A DNA stretch of 64,000 nt. Source: Hypanus sabinus. Its lineage: Eukaryota. The notes below the pieces were generated by a model, which was given only the letters and a program-made list of their open reading frames with translations, had not been told where the DNA came from and made no database searches. Both the position numbers and the translations under genes were made by a program. The stretch covers positions 39,556,001 through 39,620,000 of the forward strand of contig NC_082722.1 in NCBI RefSeq assembly GCF_030144855.1, given 5' to 3'. How positions within the stretch are numbered: position 1 is the stretch's first letter; each line of letters starts with the position of its first letter. Below are positions 11,801 through 22,900 of the stretch, one piece after another.

Positions 11801-14800
11801 CAAATATGGTAAAAGAAATAACAATTGCAATTGAAATTAGTTGCATAATAGTTCACGTTCCTTGGGAAGTACCATGCAAAAAGTACAAATACTGCAGATA
11901 ATGTTCTCAACTTATCCAAAAGTATAGTAAAATTTAATAAATACAACCATACAGACTGTTAACTACTAGTATGTTCTGTATTGGTTAAATAATTGCATTC
12001 TGTTAATATTACAAAATATTGAAGCTCAAAAAAGATAAGGCTTATTTTCACAAAAGAATCAATTTTAAAAGTCAAGTCTTAATTACAATTACCAAACACC
12101 TTTTTGTTTCTGCAAATCTCATCACTAACAATTTGAACAGTTCACACAAAGGATACATTGATGGTGCAACCACTCTTTTATGTATTCCAGCAAAGAATAA
12201 ACCAATTAAAGTTATACAGCTGATTGTGAAAAATGGGTGATTCCATAGTGATGTGAAAAATGAGACCTAAAATGACAAGGAAACAATTAAATAATTTTAA
12301 AATATTTGAACAGATAAAAATTAACTAGCATGATATAAAAAGACCCCAATTTTCTGAATTGTCAGCAACATTAATTAATATCAATGAAAAACAACTCACC
12401 TACATATTAACTTCATTTTAAAATTTTGCTGTGATTGGAAAGAGAAAGACTGTCCTTTCAAAATGTTTTACAATAAGACTCAAGTGGACTGTCTGGTTGC
12501 AAATTTTCTTTGAAATAATCAGCTTTAATTCTTTACTGCATAATTTTAATCATAGGAACAGCCAGTAAGCAAGTTTATTGTCAGGTTCAAGCCCAGTAGA
12601 ATGTAAAAATTGATTGATCATCAGTTAAGAATCATATTTCAAATACAAATCCCTAAATAGATACATTTTTTGAGACTAATTGCAAATTCATAATGGGAGC
12701 ATTAAAATTTTAACATTGAGCACAAGGCAATTTCTAATGTCTGACAGTCTGAAAACAATGTTCATAGCTTTGCAAACTCAAGCCTGACATAAGAGTTACC
12801 TACAAGTTACTGGTATTTTTAAAACTTGAACAAGAACCTCTCAAAATTTTGATAATAGCATTTTATAAAAATTATTTGAATTTTAATTTGTCCATTTTGG
12901 ATGGACTCAGCTATAACTTCTGAAGTGATTCTCCTCACATAGAGCCATTCATGTGTCGGTTATGCAGGAATGCCAGGTAGAAAATAGCTTTCTTGCATTT
13001 TTTGATAATGAATTCACTAAAGCATGGCAGTACAGGAAAGCAGTTGCTCCCTGCAAAATGTTTTAAGAATTATTTAAAGGTAAAAGCTTAAAATTACCTT
13101 TTGTGTTTCAGGATCTATTAACCAGTTCCAAGCACCTGTGGCTGTACATACTGAAACTACTATAAGAATCACTGCAAATAAAGAATAGAATATAAATTAT
13201 TGAATTTTAAATGGATATTACTCACTAAAATTATTAATGTATATAAAGAGTAAAATTACAAATGTGCATTAGCTATTTTAAAGACATATTAGAGTCCAAC
13301 TTTCACTGAATTCAATTCAGTCTGTACCTGACCAGGGAAAGGGCAAGAGCACAGAATACAATAAAGTCAGCGCATTTTGACAACATCATGTCTGTAGTAA
13401 TTCCATCCTAACCAAGCGGTTCAATTCTAGCTAAGTACTGCTCTAACAAGAGAAAATCTACAGATGCTGGAAATCCAAGCAACATACACAAAATGCCAGA
13501 GGAACTCAGCAGACCAGGCAACATCTGCAGAAAAAAGTAGTCGACGTTTCGGGTTGAAACCTTTCAGGACTTTTGGCCCAAAATGTTGACTGTACTTTTT
13601 TTCTATAGATGATGCTTGGGCTTCGGAGGTCATCCAGCATTTTGTGTGTGTGTAAGCACTGCTCTATTAGTCTTCCCTCAATATTACCAATGCGTTAGAA
13701 AGTGTTGTTGATAGTTGTATATAGTTGGGAATGGGTGAGGGAAGGGGAAAGTTGCGCATCTATAGGTTTTACATGTCTACAAAAGTAGATCAGAGTCTGT
13801 CTTGACTAACTTCCCAAAGCTATTCCACCATGAAAATATGTCAGGAATGTGAAGCAATGGTCACCGATTGATCGGATGAATGCAGTTCTTGCAAAATGCA
13901 AGAGGCTTGACAAAATCCAACCGTTGGATTTGGCTGGCACCCATTCCAACACCATCACTATCCACCTGCAAGATGTACCTACTTCAAAACACAACATGGC
14001 AATAAAACATTTTTTTTCTAGTTTGGATCATGCAATTCTATTTCTAACATGACCCAAAAGAAGACTCATCGTTTGAAACACTGCAGATATACATTGCACG
14101 TAATCAAATCTTAGTTTACTTCACAAGGCCTCAATTCAGGTTTAACAAAATAATGCAAGTTTCTTTGTGGGAGATGTGTGCAGAGTAAGTAGGTCTTTAA
14201 TATGTCTGATAAAACTGATGCTGTCCTGACTGATCTTATAAACAATTTTCTTGTGTACATAAAAGGAGATAATTCACAGATTGAGAGATAATTCATCAGA
14301 GACTCTCCAATAAAAGTTCCCTCTCATCTCTGATAGCCACTGTGACAATGATTTCCAAATTTATTCCTGAAAAAAAAAACATCTTTACCTTTTAGATTAT
14401 CTCAGCCAGTCAACCAGTTTAAATAGTTTATCTTTGATTAGTTCCCCATTGTAATTTGATAACTTTAATTTAAAGGATATTCCAAACATATGCATTCTAG
14501 GACATAACCCAAGGTTAATTACCCTTTCATTTAACCCTTTGAATTTAGGAGTAATTTTGGTAAATGCACTCACTTCAAAGACAATAGAAGATGATCTCAA
14601 AGGGGCCCTCAGTACTCCAGATATATATATGCATTATTTCAAACTATGAGCCTTCTTTTGGGGCACAATGTGGATAGCATGAGGCAACAGACACAAAATG
14701 CTGGAGGAACTCAGCAGACCAAGCAGCATCTGTGGAAAAAACTACAGTCGCCATTTTGGGCCGAAACCCTTTGGCAGGACTCTGCTGAGTTCCTCTGGCA

Positions 14801-16371
14801 TTTTGTGTATGTTGCTTGGATTTCCAGCATCTGCAGATTTTCTCTTGTTAGAGCAGTACTTAACTAGAATTGAACAGCTTGGTTAGGATGGAATTACTAC
14901 AGACATGATGTTGTCAAAATGCACTGACATTATTGTATTCTGTGCTCTTGCCCTTTCCCTACAACACCAACTGTAGTCTTCTCCATTGATGCCTGCTGAG
15001 TTCCTCCAGCATTTTGTGGTGTTGCTGGGATTTCCAGCATCTGCAGGTTTTCTCGTTTGTGATTGGATAGTGATGGTGTAGGATTGGGAGCCAGTTAAAT
15101 CCATACCTTCACCTTGTATTCCTTACATACAAAAGCCCCTATTTTATTATTTTTTAATATTTTCTGATTTGTTGATCATTACAATATACAGATAAAGTCT
15201 CTCTTTCCCAGTTATGAAGTAAATGGCAGTGTTCTGTCTTTCTCAAATCTAAAGCAGATGACCTTACACATATTTACACTGAAATTCCATTTCTTCTGTT
15301 TATCAATATTTCTGTTATTTAACGTACTTCCTAATAATATTGCTCTCTCTCTCTTTCTGAATCACTGGCAAATTTTGTATTTCTTCAAAGAAAAAATATT
15401 AAAGTACAAATATTTACAAAAATTGGAAAAACACGATATGTGCAGTCTAAAATATTAACATTGTACAAATTTATATTCGTATAGTTGGCCTTTAAGTCCT
15501 TGCATTGGGCACAGCAGTCAGATTCCACATGAATCTGCAGACAGGAAATACTGAATGCATACAAAAGGGTAGGTGTGGGGAAAATGTTCGTAAGTGTAAC
15601 TATAGCTTTATAATGCAATGATCTGCAGAAGTTTTTGAAACTTGTAACTGCGTTTGAATGATTTATTATGCCAATCTAATTGTGCAATAAATAAAGCACT
15701 TTGTTTCAAATGGCACCGTACTGCTATTGAATAATAAACTTCACGACTTGTCAATGATAATAAACCTGACTCTGAAATAGAATTTCGACAGTAACATGTT
15801 CAAATCGGATGATTTATCAGCAAGCAATTCTTTAGCGCTTGGTGATGCATTTAGACATCATTAATGACAGTGATATAACTAACTAGCAAACAAAAAACCC
15901 ATATTCACACCGGAACGATGGACAATAAAACATTCAGACTCCTAGTTACAGGTAGCCTCTTAATTTTTTGATGCTTTGCGTTTTGTTACAGTTGTTGCCT
16001 TACTGACCTAGTATTTTAGATGCATATTAGTTAACACAAATTACTTGTACATGATTAGTGTTCAGCTGGTAATATAGCTTTGACAGTTTAGTACAGACAA
16101 TTAAAAGTAGAGGGCAACTGGGTCCCAGGGTCCCATGTGCGCGCTGAGGGACAGATATTTGAAGCACCTCCCCGAGCCCGGACACTCACTCCGCCACCGC
16201 CCAGTCGCCGGCTGTAAGCAGGAGATGTACTCGGTCAGTCGCCTCTCGAAAGCTTTCAGGTCTGCAACACAAAAAGTAAGCACGAGTCGCACCTGCTTCG
16301 CAACAACAGCCCGCGTTCACCGCCTTCCAGAACGCCATCGGCTTACCCTCCGCTTGCTCCAGGGAGTTCAT
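5855..16371 (-). CDS. CNEP1R1: CTD nuclear envelope phosphatase 1 regulatory subunit 1 (TMEM188), complete six-exon CDS, 125 aa
   Basis: complement(join(16347..16371,16190..16261,13098..13171,12157..12266,11739..11793,5855..5896)). All introns are GT-AG and phases agree. Protein: [125 protein letters not shown], nearly identical to recalled vertebrate CNEP1R1. Confidence 0.97.
6610..6980 (+). mobile_element. CR1 LINE fragment, left part, interrupted by the LTR element
   Basis: CR1 RT C-terminal motifs ([13 protein letters not shown].., [14 protein letters not shown]); continues at 10926. Confidence 0.8.
6981..7625 (+). repeat. 5' LTR
   Basis: TGTAAAGAGGG...GGGGGTTACA; near-identical to 10265-10925. 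Confidence 0.95.
7628..7646 (+). promoter_or_regulatory. Primer-binding site, degenerate tRNA-Pro-like
   Basis: TGGGGTGTTCGTCCGGGG immediately after the LTR resembles the tRNA-Pro PBS TGGGGGCTCGTCCGGGAT. Confidence 0.6.
7687..8388 (+). pseudogene. Degenerate Gypsy gag (PNMA-like capsid remnant)
   Basis: [35 protein letters not shown] resembles the PNMA/Gypsy gag motif E.W.E....L.EW...EKR.RL.ESL.G.A..VV. Confidence 0.65.
8295..9992 (+). CDS. 565-codon chimeric ORF: dead aspartic protease, partial RT, RNase H scrap and myosin-rod fragments
   Basis: KAILGTGA (DTG changed to GTG); [20 protein letters not shown]; MPQGISG; VYVDDLLVF; [12 protein letters not shown]; then a coiled-coil segment. No stop codons. 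Expression unknown. Confidence 0.6.
   Translation: MGERLGVSGGAHSQQCTKELPKGTEPIPEGLEGPCVQVLLRMDGSQVKAILGTGAPVKLLYSLFHNRYWKHLPLTTLRTLEIRGTSAGDYPDDGCWSVKMEFLEANVEETEVQESLMLMCPDPVETGSVSVLERTNILLVRLGACPEEAGERCLEALSMHPEFRAACVDVCSSIGPVPNSNKGQWRYGLGEVSECETLLVDAAKYHERGELTAEDTSERERLRRLAPEAVEDVGSVCVDCIALKRRTVSDQNMALRAGEAMACLNGAMWFKVLDLRSGCCQIPMSGADKDKTAVINSLGVFGSEKMPQGISGTLATFLRGRWKTIGDMEAFGVLVYVDDLLVFGFASGEYEVRSLQEQLRTTELKCFRDTCQGWRRSQLVSDCLYGTKFEMKTERLEKVIWNHSEDLQVGENEESCLTEGNSKLRTRRGEFAEVKKLQTNLRREKRRLEGNLKVTTDSSNEVQNLKVDLEEVMRKKKLERSAVNTEQEAEETAGAVQATCFRLEKIKQQLPITGMRKNTDSMDDVLDVWYMLPFADFPSIEEETFGPSPIESGVAGRVSCVQCGA
10251..10264 (+). promoter_or_regulatory. Polypurine tract
   Basis: TGGTGGAGGGAGAG directly before the 3' LTR. 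Confidence 0.75.
10265..10925 (+). repeat. 3' LTR
   Basis: Near-identical to the 5' LTR apart from an internal duplication of about 31 bp and a shorter G run. Confidence 0.95.
10926..11115 (+). mobile_element. CR1 LINE 3' end, right part after the LTR insertion
   Basis: CAGAGTGTGGTGAGTG...GGGCCTGTACTGTGCTGTAGATTTTCTATGTTTCTAT tail. Confidence 0.75.
11739..11793 (-). CDS. CNEP1R1: CNEP1R1 exon 5 ([18 protein letters not shown])
   Basis: TTTCAG acceptor, GTGAGT donor, 55 nt. Confidence 0.95.
12157..12266 (-). CDS. CNEP1R1: CNEP1R1 exon 4 ([36 protein letters not shown])
   Basis: TTTTAG acceptor, GTATCC donor, 110 nt. Confidence 0.95.
13098..13171 (-). CDS. CNEP1R1: CNEP1R1 exon 3 ([25 protein letters not shown])
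   Basis: TTGCAG acceptor, GTAATT donor, 74 nt. Confidence 0.95.
13446..13651. mobile_element. Short quasi-palindromic Penelope-derived insertion with a TSD of about 14 bp
   Basis: Two inverted terminal pieces, flanked by TAAGTACTGCTCTA (13432-13445) and TAAGCACTGCTCTA (13652-13665). Confidence 0.65.
14686..15058. repeat. Penelope-terminus cluster containing an inverted copy of 13334-13511
   Basis: 14781-14960 is the reverse complement of 13334-13511, with a few substitutions. Confidence 0.8.
16190..16261 (-). CDS. CNEP1R1: CNEP1R1 exon 2 ([24 protein letters not shown])
   Basis: TTGCAG acceptor, GTGAGT donor, 72 nt. Confidence 0.96.
16347..16371 (-). CDS. CNEP1R1: CNEP1R1 exon 1 (MNSLEQAE)
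   Basis: ATG at 16371-16369, GTAAGC donor, 85-nt first intron. Confidence 0.95.
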
Positions 16372-16544
16372 CGTCCGTCCGTCCGCCGCCGCCGCTCTTG
16401 CCTCACGCCTCACGCCTCACGCCTCGTTACCAGACGACACGGCCGATTGGTCGCTCGCAGCGACGGCGTCCGCGGTGGAAGGGGCAGCCTGATTGGCGGA
16501 GAGCCCCAGAGACGGCGCGTGGCCAGTGCGTGCTTGTGTTTCTG

Positions 16545-16587
16545 GTTCCGGTGCAGGTTAGCAGCGAGGGAAAGGAAGCTCGGAGAG
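16545..16587 (+). other. Probable non-coding first exon of the NCOA5-like gene (start approximate)
   Basis: Strong donor GAG/GTGAGT within the CpG island, oriented toward the NCOA5-like exons. Confidence 0.55.
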
Positions 16588-18049
16588 GTGAGTTGTGGTT
16601 TGGTTTCCCTTCTCCGCCCTGGACTTTTCTGCTTCAACAGCGCCCGTGAAATGGAGTCGCCTTCTTCTACCTGATGAACTTCGGGTGTTTAGGTTTCTTC
16701 GCGGTTCGTCGGGCGCGATCTCGACCTGTGCTTGAGCCGTAAACCTCCCTTTGTTGCTTTACATGGCGACGCGGCCTAGTTGCTGTTACCGTTGTCGTCG
16801 TAGAAGGCATCCCATTCTCCCCGGCCCCATGTCGCCAGGTCGGATCGGCCAGCTTTTCCACGCCCACGACCTCTCCCCGTAGTCTCTTCGTGACCCTTCA
16901 TCCAACGTCTGTGTCTGTTGGTTCGTCAGGCCTCTAGTTCAATGTTAGTGAATCTGCTCACTGCAGGCGACATGTCGCTCTTCCTAAACCCGTGTTGTGA
17001 GAAAGTGGTTTTCAGCCGCTGTCATTTTTAAACTTACCGAGAACTAGCTGTTTTTTTTCAAGATGGTTTAGGAAAATAGGTTTTTCTTAAGGCTATTTAT
17101 GACTGTTTATATAAATATCAACAGGTTCCCAAGTTCGGGACTTTTCTTTGGAAGACCAAATTCAGCATAGTACTGAGTCAGATGAAATAGGAGCAATTGT
17201 ACTGAAGTTCTGCACGCTGACTAGGACATCAAACCTGCCCCATCGTTTATACTGATCTATGCGGGCCCATCATGCACCATCTTAGTACTGCTAATTGTAG
17301 AGCTATAAAATTTACAGTCGTTAAAATAAAAGTGGTTAGATTTTCAGCAGGGCAGTCAGATTTGCCAGAACGGGTAAACTGTCCTTTCTGTTGCCACTTT
17401 TAAACGTCTCAGGTCGCTATGAGCAGTATTAAGAAGAGTTGTGGCTGCTGATTGGGAAGGTTATCATATTCCGGCTTTTAGAAGGTGAGCTCTTGTGGAT
17501 GTAGTTATTTTTGCTGTTGCATAACTTTTTTATGGCAGTGTACTTTGCAGCCCTGGAGTTGTGCTGTTGAGTCAAATTTCACAATCGCCATGTTCTATAC
17601 ATGACATTGTTATGTCATTTTGTTGCTTTTCCATTTTTGAAGAGAAACCTTTAGAGGTAATTTTCTAGATGTTACAATGATTCATTTGTTCTAGGTCCAC
17701 TGCAGTGCTTTCCATTTTTACTTTAGATTTGCTGCATCTTATTTGCTTTTGTTGAATTGTTACAGATTTCTTGGTAGTCTTATGGTAGGGAACTGAATGA
17801 GGGTACAGCTGGATCTCTTTCACCACTTGTTGCTGAGTTGCATGAGGAGAGTAATCATTTGGAAGAATGTACAGTATGTGGCCATTGTGCATTGGTGTCA
17901 TTCGAAGAAACTAGATTGTGACATTGGGCTGGATCTACTATACAGCTAGTGGGCTTTTTTTAAAAAATAGATCTATTCATGTAATTTCAAAATAGCTTCC
18001 ACTTCTAAAAATTTTCTAATACGTGTGGTATGTTCGTATATGTATTTAA

Positions 18050-18660
18050 ATACAGGATCAGAATTACATTTGTTTTCACTGACTTTGTGAAATTTGTATT
18101 GTGGCAGCAGTACTGTGCAAGATTTAGAAAGTTACTGTTAAATTACAATAAGAAATAAGAAGTGCAAAAGAGGAACGGTGGGTACATGGATCATTCTAAA
18201 ATCTGGCAAAGGGAAAGAAGCTGTTTCAAAAATGTTAAGTGTATGAATTTGGTCTCTTGTACCACCTGCCTGATGGTATTAATGAGAAGAGGGTACGTCC
18301 CTAAATGTTTGATGCTGGATGCTGCCTTCCTGAGCCACTTCTTTGAAAGATTTTCTTGATGATGGGGAAGATAGTGCCCAGGATGGAACTGGCTGAATCA
18401 CCAACCCTCTACAACCTCTTCTGGTCCTGTGCATTGGAGCTCCATACTGTACAGTGACGTAACCAGTCAAAGTGCTCTCCATTGTACATATTTGCTCGAG
18501 TCTTACCAAATCTCCAAATACTCCTGATGAAGAACAGCTGCTGATGTGCACTCTTTGTGATTACATTGATATATTGAGTCCAGGATAGATTGTTTGAGAT
18601 GTTAGTGCCAGGAACTTGAAGCTGCTCACTCTTTTGACAGCTAACCCTTCAATGAGTTTG
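18050..18660 (-). mobile_element. LINE fragment (Rex1/L2-like)
   Basis: Homologous to 2975-3362 in the opposite orientation. Confidence 0.55.
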
Positions 18661-19928
18661 TGTGAGAAGCAGCATAATGGGAATAAAAATTGGGAAAGTG
18701 GAAGGAATATCTAGCAAGTTCATGGAAGAAATTAGTTTGAACATTAGATATTTCAACATCTGTAACATAATTGAACTCTGTTTCAAGTCAAGTTTAGTTT
18801 GTCAAATGCACAGGAATGCTGAGGTCAGGTACAGTAAAAACTTGCTAACATTAGCATCACAGACATGTGGGTTCAGGCTACACAATAGAACATGAACATG
18901 TAGTAATCATACCAGGTGGTGAACGAAAGACTTTTCAAAGTTATTGAAAGGAATACAGGTATAGTTAGAACAGATTTAGAATGCTGTTGGCCATGTGCTC
19001 ATATTTGTCCCTTTAGTCTTTTCCTGCAATTTTTTTTCTTCCACACATGCTCACAACCTCCCATTGATTCCTTTTGCCATGAACTTACAGTACGGGGTAT
19101 TTACTGTAGCCAGAGCAGCATATCTTTACAACGTGGGAAGAGATTGGTGCACTTGAGGAAATCCGCAATCGCAAGGTGAACGTGCAAGCTCCACACAAAT
19201 GCCAATCAAACCCTAGTTCCTGGAGCTCTGGGGCACTTTCTCCATCATGTACAGTGAGCTCAACATATAAACTGAATTTGCAAAATTATTGCAGAAGCAA
19301 TCTGTTCCTTTATTAGAAAATTCCGTTTACTTGGAATAGGAAAAATTTTTGGTCAGTAATTAAAGAGAACTGTAGCAATTTAAATTGCTCCAGCTGAAAT
19401 GTGGCACAAGATATTTTTTTGTGAAGTTGCAGCAATGCAAATGGATGAGTCGGAACCGAAAATTTAAATTAATTTATTACGTCACAGATTTTGAATACAG
19501 TTAAAGAACATTTGCATGGTGATATTCAGCTCTTTTCTGTGGCAACAAAATTATGGAGTTTTGTACTTGAAAAGCACTCTTTGGAGTTGTAAAATTTTAG
19601 CATCAGCTAGTCCAGTTACTCTATTTATGCAGTTAGTGTCGAAGATTAGCTTGCGTGATGTTGATAACTTTTCTTTGTATTGTTTAATTTGTAAAATTTG
19701 TGAGAACATTGTGCTGTTTAACATCCTACTAATGGCTCCATTTTCTTTTGATTTAAAATACCTCTTCTTTAGAATTGTAGTGTTGATGGAATGTAAAGGG
19801 GCAAAGCAAAGATCTAGGACTCTGAAAAATTCCAACCAAAATGTGCAAACAGGTAATTTATTACTTGATGCTATTAAAGAAAAGACTTTTAAGTAATGCT
19901 TCCTCGACATTTCTTTTTGTAGGTTAAC

Positions 19929-19987
19929 ATGGCAACTTGGATAAAGCCTAGGGTGGCCCCGACACACAAACTCAGCGCAGATGGAAC
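19929..19987 (+). CDS. NCOA5-like, first coding exon (MATWIKPRVAPTHKLSADG)
   Basis: Acceptor TTTTGTAG ending at 19922, Kozak AACATGG, donor GTAAGG, phase 2. Confidence 0.6.
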
Positions 19988-22900
19988 GTAAGGAAGGTTT
20001 AAAAATATTACCTACATTTCCTGAAAAATCTGTATAAATGTCTGCATTCCTTTAGTTTTGGAGTTTTTTTTTCAGTTTAATATTTGCTTCAATCTTTAGA
20101 AGTTGGTTGAACAACCTAACATAGAAATCCCACCATTTAAAATGTTGCTAGTTTCCATTGGAGTAAAAGTGTACATCGGTTGTTCTGACTGAAAACCATT
20201 GATCCGCTGGGTAGAGACAAATAAATACTGACATTTTCAGCATGCTTTTTGTTAATTGCAAATACCTTGTTTTGCACCTGTAGGCAGTGCGTAGAATATA
20301 TTAAAATGGTTTCAGACCAAGTCCTGGAAATTGACTCATTTTGTTTTCCTTCTCTCCTTCAGTACATATGTAGCTGCAGAATACAATGTTCCCAGAGAAG
20401 CTTTGCAAAGGTATGTGAAAACAACTTCAGAAATAATGGGATAAAGTTTATTTTGAATTTGGAACACAAGGGGTGGAAATGAAAGAACAGGTTTCCTGCA
20501 TCAAATTGGCATCTTGAATTTTTACTGTGAATCTTTCTCTTTCCTGCCAGAGGGTTTGTACTCATGCTGGCTGCAAATAAGAACTTAATAACTAATTGTT
20601 GCAACAATATCCTTGTTGATGTATCCTTGTTGTTTCCATCCTCTGGTTGGCCTTATGTGATTAGCATTCTTTTAAAATTGTGGAACTGCTTCTTCAGAGT
20701 AAAATACAGAATCCATCAGTTGCGCATTGGAAATGTTACTCTTTGAAAATGTGGTTAAATGGTAGAGGTTGAGAGGAAATTTGGTAGGTTTGTTGAGTTG
20801 AAGTATGAAGCTGATGGGATTGCTGTACCAGCATAGATTCAGCGAACCAAGAAGCTTCCTTACTATAACAATTATGTTGTCAATGTCAAAATCAGCAAAT
20901 GTAGAAGAATTGTATCAGGGCCCGATGTGCAGATCTGTGGGGCAAGAGGAAGGAAACAAAATCAAGTTCAAAAATGTCAAGGAATGGTGAAAAGCTTCAA
21001 GTCAGGGTAAATCAGGGTTCCCTACCTAGGGTCCACGGACCCTTTGCTTAATAGTATTGGTCCATGACATAACAAAAGGTTGGGTATGCATATTCCAAAT
21101 ACAGTCCTACCTGAAATTTCCAGTATTTTCTTTTTGTTAATTTTGGATTTCTTGAATCTGCAGTTTCTTGCTTAACAAAAAGTTTATCCATTTTTATCTA
21201 ACTGTGGTACTAAAAAGATAGTCTTTTTCTGTATTCTAGTCAGTTTTGACAGCACTGCAAATTATATTTTGTTTCTGTAAAAAATCTGTTAGAAAAGCCT
21301 TGTGTTGTATATTTTCCAGTGTCAACAACTTGATTTTAATAATGCCGGGTGCTTTGCTAGAAATCTATGGCTTGTCACGCCTGCAAACATGTCAATGACT
21401 ACTGAAGCTGTATAATAGTCAGGAGAGAAGGGCCATCTTGGCCATTTTTGCCATCTTAAGAAAATCTAGACAGCAATCTGAGTAGCATGTATTTTCTCTT
21501 TCCTGCTGCATGTAACTGACGGTTATCTTTTGTAGAAGCTGTGATCAGATAGTCGGATCAAAACGTTCTTGCATGACACTGTAGTGTGGGGGGGTGCCCT
21601 TTGAGATTATTGTTCCGAAGGAGTTGGGAATCCTACACATATAATGTTAGTTTTTCAGGTCTGAGTGCACAGCTTACTAATTGAAGAATGCTGTTAAAAT
21701 CACAAGTAAGCTTATGAACATTGCATTTCAATTTTAACATCAAGGATGGCAACTTTTTAAAAAATTCTCATCAATTTGTTGATTTGTTGATCAATTTGTT
21801 GCTTGCCTTGGCAACAATGCACATTGTTGTGTCAACTTTTCAACAATGTGAATTTCTACACATGTTGGAAGCTTCTGTCAGTTTCACAGAGTAATAATGA
21901 TTGCTGTTGATAGTTTTGTATCGTTAATACCATGAATTCCAGACATTATTTCATTATGAATACTTATTGAAGGGATCTGGTATTAGTATCAACACATTGA
22001 GATATACAGGAGCGTGAATGCTCATACTCAACAATTTAAGAACAGCTTCTTTTGTCAACGGTGATCAACCCAATGTAATGAAACAGGTACCACACTTGAT
22101 TCTTTTCCGCCTTTATTAGTAGCAAGCTACGAGAGAGAGCATTCCATCTGAAATTTAAACACGAAATCAAAAGGTGTGAAAAGTCAGGAGACAACAGCTG
22201 CTCAAACTGCAGCCATTCTCAAACCAGAATACACAGACTCGACCTTAACCATTATTTACAGGAATCTGAGACTCCCCAATTCCCTTAAAATTTTTATCAC
22301 TTACCCTCTACCATCAGATTTCTGAATGGTCTATGAACACTCTCATTACTCATTTTCTTGTGCTTATTTAATTTGTAAGTTTACAGTTTTGTGTCTTTGC
22401 ATTGTACTGCTGATGCAAAGCAACACTTTTTCACATCATATAAGACAGTCATGATGAACTTTATTCTGATTCTGAATCATCCAGATTGGGAATATTCAAA
22501 TATTCACGTCAGCTAAAATTGATAAACACCCTGTTCTAAAATGACTGAGGCTGCGTCCACACTAAAACGTCGTTTTCCTCCCCCAAAAACGGAACTTTTC
22601 TAAAATGCCCTCCAGAGTGTTTAACTTTGAAAACATTGGATTTGTCGGAGCAGTGTGAACAGGGTAACTGGAGAAATCTAAAAAACTCTATGGTGACGGT
22701 AGTGTGCCATTTCATTGTTTTCTTGAACACAACCTAACAATTTCAGAACAGACGGCAACGAGACTGAAGCCAGAAGAGTTAGAAATGTGTCCTGATGAAG
22801 GGGCTCGGCCTGAAACGTCGACAGTGCTTCTCCCTATAGATGCTGCCTGGCCTGCTGTGCTCCACCAGCACTTTGTGTGTGTTGCTTGAATTTCTAGCAT

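Larger units (their letters stand above)
16120..16950. promoter_or_regulatory. CpG island and bidirectional promoter shared by CNEP1R1 (-) and the NCOA5-like gene (+)
   Basis: High CpG; two CCAAT boxes (GATTGG at about 16445 and 16491); ETS-like TTCCGG at about 16546; YY1-like ACATGGCG at about 16761; (GCCTCAC)x3 at 16400-16420; plus-strand donor AG/GTGAGT at 16587/16588. Confidence 0.75.

Noticed and set aside
16135-16674. 179-aa plus-strand ORF and neighbouring ORFs
   Set aside because: Antisense read-through of CNEP1R1 exons 1-2 and the CpG island; no coding signature.
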